Shown piece by piece: positions 54,803 to 64,000 of a DNA stretch of 64,000 bases. Location of the stretch: assembly GCF_009914755.1 (NCBI RefSeq), contig NC_060943.1. The stretch is one strand, 5' to 3'. The stretch comes from the human T2T-CHM13v2.0 reference genome, Homo sapiens. The notes under the pieces were generated by a model. The model saw only the letters and a program-made list of their open reading frames with translations, was not told where the DNA came from and searched no databases. The position numbers and the translations under genes were made by a program. Numbering within the stretch: position 1 is the stretch's first letter; the number at the start of each line of letters is the position of its first letter.

Positions 54803-55972
54803 CTAAGCCCAAGGCCTGAGATGGGAAATGGTGGCCATTGAGGGAAGAGTCTGTGAGAGCACAGTGACCACAGATGTGAAAGGAGCAGAAGAAATTGAGC
54901 TCCAGGGTGACTGGGCCTCCTCAGCTGGCTAAGGCAGGGCCCCTCTGACAGCATGGGTCAGAGAACAGACAGCTCCCACCAAGGAGTCTTCCAGAACCTC
55001 TCGGCTGTGCCTGATTCCATCTCAGTCAGGATCCCAACCTCCCTCCACCCTCCATCACTTCCCGGCCAGCCTTTCATCCAGGCTCCCCCTCTTTGGCAGT
55101 CATACTCAAGTCCTTGTGTCCACAAACCCGGCCCCATCCTAGTGGGTTTGGGTTGTGCCAGGTGTGGAATACAGGTCCCATGATCCATGCACAATGGTTG
55201 TGGGGGCATTTCAAGTACTAAATGAGTACACACAGGAGCAGGCACTAAGCATATACCTGCAGAAATGCTTCCTGGTTTAAGGCAGATAGCAGCGGAGGCT
55301 GAGGGGTGGTCCCTGGCAAGGCAAATAGCAGCAGTGAAGACTTGAGCCCTTCTGATGGGACAGAGAAGACATGGGAGCCGTGTGAGGTGTGAAGGGGCAA
55401 TGGCAGGATCCCCTGTATACTCCAGAAAGTCCTCTGAGGCTGCAGCTTAGAGAGAGGCTGGAGGGAGGCCCAGCCCCAGGCCCTGGTGGAGCCAGGGAGG
55501 TGGTAGAAGCAATGGCTGGGACCAGGCAAGTTGCCGTTGGGATTTACCAGAAAAGTAACAGCATCCATACAGGTATTGAGGGCTGTTAACAAAGGCAGGT
55601 GGGGGCAAGGAAAATTTACAACCGAGAAAAGATTTAATGTGCTTTCATATGTAAAATACAAAGAAGAAGGTACTACCAGCCCTGTGGACAGAGGCCTGAG
55701 AACTCCGGAAGAAGGAGACCTAAATTGAGACAATACTGAAAACAACACAACTGCCACAGGCGCTTTGCCAGAGTCCCAGCACCTTGACCTGTACTGTGCC
55801 CTTGGATTAATTCTGAAGAGTTTAAAAAACCCAAAGGCTGGGCGCGGTGGCTCACGCCTGTAATCCCAGCACTTTGGGAGGCCGAGGCAGGCAGATCACC
55901 TGAGGTCAAGAGTTCCAGACCAGCCTGACCAACTTAATGAAACCCCCTCTCTACTAAAAATACAGAAATTAG

Positions 55973-56628
<656 letters not shown>

Positions 56629-56662
56629 TAGCCGGGATGGTCTCGATCTCCTGACCTCGTGA

Positions 56663-56914
<252 letters not shown>

Positions 56915-57912
56915 TGAAGGGGAAAGCCCCAACCCCCTATTGTGGGACACCTGGCTGGTTCCATCCCGAAAAGACACAGTGAAGCTCTAGCTGCATCCCA
57001 GAAGATAATACATCCACTGAAGCCAGGTTAAAATCATTCTCCCTTTAATCAATTTTCCTCTATTGCACCCACTGCTCCTCGATGCCCTGGAGCGAGGAAT
57101 TCCACCACCCACAGTAGGTGTAAGCTTGGCAGCTCCAGTTTTATGGCCCCAGGGGACAGTCTTTCACACCTCCAGACACGAACTCTGCCATATAATTTCC
57201 CATGTGCACAATTCAGTGATTTTTAGTCAGTTTATTGTGTTGTGTAACCTTCACCACTGTCCTGTTTTAGAACATCTCCATCACCTCCATGAGATTGCTC
57301 AGCCCATTTCCTGAGCGTCCCCACCCCTGTCCCCATGAATCTGTCCATGGATGTGTCTGCTTGACATTTCCTATCAGTGGAATCACACAACATGAAGTCT
57401 TGGTCCCTGCCCTCTCCAGTCCTGTCACTTTGTCTCAGGCTCCTGTGCCACCCGGGTGTTGTGAATTGTCTCTGGTCAGATGGTTCAGTGTTTTCCACTC
57501 AGGAGTGGCTAGTCTGAGAAGTGCTTCCCTACTAAGGTGGGCAACTGAGGCAGAACAGCCACCCAGCCTTGTTCTCCCAGCCGTCTTCCTGCTGGACCCA
57601 TGGTGGCCAAGGCCTCAGTCCAGGAGGAATCAACCTAGACTTGCCACACCCTGACTTTGTCCCCTCCCTCTTTACAAGGGCTGCTCTCCACCCTGCCTGC
57701 TTTGTGTTTAAGATATTGGGCCATGGCTCACCCCTGTAATCCCAGCATTTTGGGAGGCCGAGGTAGGTGGATCACCTGAGGTCAGGAGTTTGAGACCAGG
57801 CTGGCCAACATTGGCAAAACCCTGTCTCTACTAAAATACAAAAATTATCTGGGCGTGGCAGTACGTGCCTGTAATCTCAGCTACTCGGAGGCTGAGACAG
57901 GAGAATCCCTTG

Positions 57913-58269
57913 TGAAAGATTCTCCCTGGGGCCTGAAAGCTTCGGGGGATAAATAACTCCTCCCTTCTCAGGCCCAGTCCCAAGATGCAAGGCCATTTGT
58001 GCCAGCAACGTGCATCAGCAAGATAGCAGAAGCAGGAAGAGAGCTGGCCGGAAGACACATACCCCTGAAGATGGAGGGAGAGAGGCCCTGGGTACCACAT
58101 AGCAGTAACATCAGACTAGGACACTTCCTGTTTACAGGAGACTATAAAACTCCTGCCCTGTCCTTACTTGGGACACCCAGGCGCTCATTAAAATAGCATG
58201 TTGCTCCACACCGCCTCGTGTTGTTTGTTGGTGCGCTCTCGGGGTTCAAACCGATACTAGAGCCTTGCA
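57913..58269 (+). mobile_element. Solo LTR (LTR18A-like, ERVL class) inserted into an AluS right arm
   Basis: TGAAAGATTCTCCC...AGAGCCTTGCA, 357 bp; TATAAAA near 58143, ATTAAA near 58187; 5-bp TSD CCTTG/GCTTG. Family name from memory. Confidence 0.7.
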
Positions 58270-58675
58270 GCTTGAACCCAGGAGGCAGAGGTTGCAGTGA
58301 GCTGAGATCGCGCCACTGCACTCCAGCCTGGACGACAGAGCAAGACTAGTTCTCAAAAAAAAAAAAAAAGTCCAGGTGCGGTGGCTCACGCCTATAATCC
58401 CAGCACTTTGGGAGGCTGAGGTGGGCGGATCACCTGAGATCAGGAGTTCAAGACCAGCCTGACCAACAGGGAGAAACCCCATCTCTACTAAAAATACAAA
58501 ATTAGGCTGGGCGCAGTGGCTCACGCCTGTAATCCCAGCACTTTGGGAGGCCGAGGTGGGCGGATCACGAGGTCAGGAGATCGAGACCATCCTGGCTAAT
58601 ATGGTGAAACACTGTCTCTACTAAAATTACAAAAAATTAGCCAGGTGTGGTGGCATGCGCCTGTAGTGCCAGCTA

Positions 58676-58783
<108 letters not shown>

Positions 58784-58806
58784 TCAAAAAATAATAATAA
58801 TAATTA

Positions 58807-59065
<259 letters not shown>

Positions 59066-59504
59066 TCACATCTGTAAGCCCAGCACTTTGGGAGGCCAAG
59101 GCAGGGGGATCGCTTGATCCCAGGAATATGAGAGCAGCCTGAGCAACATGGCAAACCCTGTATCAAAAAAATACAAAAAAAGTTTAGCCAGGCATGATGG
59201 CGTGTACCCGTAGTCCCAGCTATGCTGGAGGCTGAGATGGCAGCCCGAGGAGGTTGAGGCTGCAGTGAAGCAGGATCGTACCACCGCACTCAGAGCAAGA
59301 CCCTATCTCAATAAATACACAGATAACCGTTTTAAAGTGAACAACACAGTGCCTTCTAGTATAGTCACAATGGTGTACAACCACCTCCTCCATCTAGGTC
59401 TAAAACAATTTCCTCACTACAAAATAAAAACTTTTCTCCCCTCTCCTCAGTCCCTGGAAACCATTAACCTAACCTTCTGTCTAAACAAATGTGCTGATTC
59501 TGGA

Positions 59505-59662
59505 TTTTTTTAAATTATACTTTAAGTTCTGTGATACATGTGCAGAACGTGCAGTTTTGTCACATAGGTATACACATGCCATGGTGGTTTGCTGCACCCA
59601 TCAACCCGTCATCTACATTAGGTATTTGTCCTAATGCTATCCCTCCCCTAGACCCCCACCCC
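59505..59662 (-). mobile_element. 5'-truncated L1PA 3' end inserted in an older L1M
   Basis: ttttttaaattatactttaagttct...ggtggtttgctgcacccatcaacccgtcatctacattagg; flanked by gattctg on both sides. Confidence 0.85.
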
Positions 59663-59914
59663 AGATTCTGCATATTTTACATAAATGGAACCATACAATA
59701 TGTGAGTTTTGTATCTGACTTCTTTCACTTAGCATAAGGTTTTCAAGGTTCAACCGTGTTGTAGCACATATTAGTACTTCCTTTTTATGGCTGAATGAGA
59801 CCCCATTATGGCTGGGTGTGGTGGCTCATGATGCCTGTAAGACCAGCACTTTGGGAAGCCAAGGCAGGTGGATCACTTGAGCACAGGAGTTTGAGACCAG
59901 CCTGGGCAACGTTA

Positions 59915-60154
<240 letters not shown>

Positions 60155-60533
60155 TTATTTATCCATTAATTAATTACCTAATGGACATTTGGGTTGTTTC
60201 TACTTTTAGTGTTTTTTTTTGAGACGGAATTTTGCTCGTTGCTCAGGCTAGAGTGCAATGGCATGATCTCGGCTCACCACAACCTCCGCCTCCAGAGTTC
60301 AAGCGATTCTCCTGCCTCGCCTCCCAAGTAGCTGGGATTACAGGCACGTGCCAACACGCCTGGCTAACTTTGTATTTTTAGTAGAGATGGGGTTTCTCCA
60401 TGTTGGCCAGGCTGGTCTCAAACTCCCGACCTCAGGTGATCTGCCCGCCTCGGCCTCCCAAAGTGTGGGGACTACAGGCGTGAGCCACCGTGCCTGGCCC
60501 TACTTTTAGTTATTATGAATAGTGCTGCTGTGA

Positions 60534-60782
<249 letters not shown>

Positions 60783-62094
60783 TAGCCAGGATGGTCTCGA
60801 TCTCCCGACCTCATGATCCACCTGCCTTGGCTTCCCAAAATGCTAGGATTACAGGAGTGAGCCACCGCTCCTGGCCTGAACACCTGTTTTCAATTCATGT
60901 GGGTATATACCTTGGAGGTGAATTGCTGGATCGTGTTTAACTGTTTGAGGAACTGCCAGGCTGTTTCCCATGGTGGCTACACCATTTTGCATTCCCACAG
61001 CAAAGTATGAAGGTTCTAATTTCTCCACATCCTCACTCTCACTTGTCATTTTCAGTTATTTTTATAGCCATCCTAGTGGGCGTGAAGCAGTATTTCATTG
61101 CGGTTTGATTTGCATTTCCCTGATGAACACTGATGTGGAGCATTTATTGGCCATTTGTATATGTTCTTTGAACCTCGTCTCCTTCTCCTTTTTAAATAGT
61201 TGTATTGATGTCTAATCTATAAGCCATAAAATACATACAGCATTTATAGGGTGGGATCGTGTCATCAACCCTAACGTGGGGCACTGACAGCCTGACTGTC
61301 CCCTGTACACTTACGGGTTCCCCCTACACAGCCATGTTGACACCACACCCTCCATGTACCTCATAACATAAGCAGATAATCCTGGGCAGTGCAGGGATTT
61401 CATTATGGGTTGGCAAATTAGGCTTTTTCAAATTCTAGCATCTAATTATCAGTGGGCATTCTTTGGTAAGCAAGCAAGAACTGGGGCCATGTGTTCCCCT
61501 GAAATACGGTTCCCCTTGGGAAGGCAGGATTGATGCCAAGTTCTCAGAGTGAGGGGCTGGCTTAAAATCAGCATCATATGGTGACAGATGGGTTTATTTT
61601 TCTGGATCTCTTTTTTTGAGAACACTTAAGGACTCATGGGTAGTGTGGATTTATTGTGCATCAGCCGATGACGGTCACTGTTCTTTCTGATGCTCCAGCT
61701 GTTTGATCAGGTTTGGCATCTATGTCCTTTTAACATATTTCCACCATTCTTTGGGCACCTCTTACTTTGTAATACAACAAGGTGTTTCAGGCTCAGCTAG
61801 GACTTTCCCTGTATAGTCTGTCCCTGTACAGTCCTTGAATCAGCCATTTTCCCCAGGAGCCCTGGTTCCTATTAGCAGGGAAAGGGATGAGACTCTGGGC
61901 TCTGAGTGTCTCCTGTCCTCCCCCCTCCTTCCTTTCCCTGGAAGCTACAGGATGCTTTGGGAAGGCAGCAAACAGAAGGGGCGAGGGCACCCACCAAGTC
62001 CAGGAGTGGGTTGAATTTGTACAGGTCACAATGTGGAGCTCTGAACAGTCCCTTCTACTCTCTGGGAATGTTTTCCCATCTGTGAAATTGGGAC

Positions 62095-63510
<1,416 letters not shown>

Positions 63511-64000
63511 AGGAATCATAGTGATTCCAAAGAGCAGTTGAGAAGATCTAGTTGAACACTCATCTTTTGTTCTCCATTCTGCTCCCACCCATTCCCCAAC
63601 TGGAACCTTTGAAATGGGAATCAGATCATGCCACCTTCTGCTAAAATCTTCTGTTAGCTCCTCATTACAGTTAAAGAAACACCCAGCCAAAAGCCACATA
63701 CGGTATTGCCCACTGTAGCAGCTGTGTTAATAACAGCCTGAGCAGGAGGGAGAATGCAGTCAAGAGAACATGTAAGCAAACTGAAGGACATTCATACAAT
63801 TGACCCTACACAACAAGGGCCGGGGAGGAACTAAGGTCATATATGGCCATACAAATGTGCACTGAGAAGCCAGACAGAGAAGTAAAGCCCCATGTGTTTT
63901 ATGGGTAGGCAAAGCTTGTCTGTGAAGTTAGGGCGTCAGCTACAAGGGACATGGGCTTCTGAGAGCCAGAGATGTTCTGTTCTTTGCTATCACAGCTGGT

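Overview
Human genomic DNA, recognisable as the distal chr19q13.43 cluster. On the + strand: the last (zinc-finger) exon and 3'UTR of ZNF324, then the complete SCAN/KRAB-like/C2H2 gene ZNF446 (6 coding exons, 450 aa). On the - strand: complete SLC27A5 (FATP5/bile acid-CoA ligase, 10 exons, 690 aa) and ZBTB45 (2 coding exons, 511 aa). I rebuilt all three complete CDSs by hand from GT-AG boundaries and each closes in frame. The remainder is Alu-dense DNA with MaLR (MLT1) and L1/L2/MIR fragments, four solo LTRs (LTR8, LTR47-like, MER11, LTR18A-like), a U6 pseudogene and two minisatellites. I cannot support a wholly new biological system here. The best second-look items are: (1) SLC27A5 intron 4 is largely a degenerate array of sense-strand 5' splice-site-like motifs; (2) a MER11 LTR with HNF4/GATA-like motifs lies in one copy of an Alu-bounded tandem duplication in this liver gene, and the two copies provide reciprocal empty sites; (3) the ZNF446 KRAB exon appears to use an acceptor inside the ancestral KRAB-A box; (4) the U6 copy has lost exactly its ACAGAGA box. 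Repeat family names come from recall of consensus ends, not from a database search.
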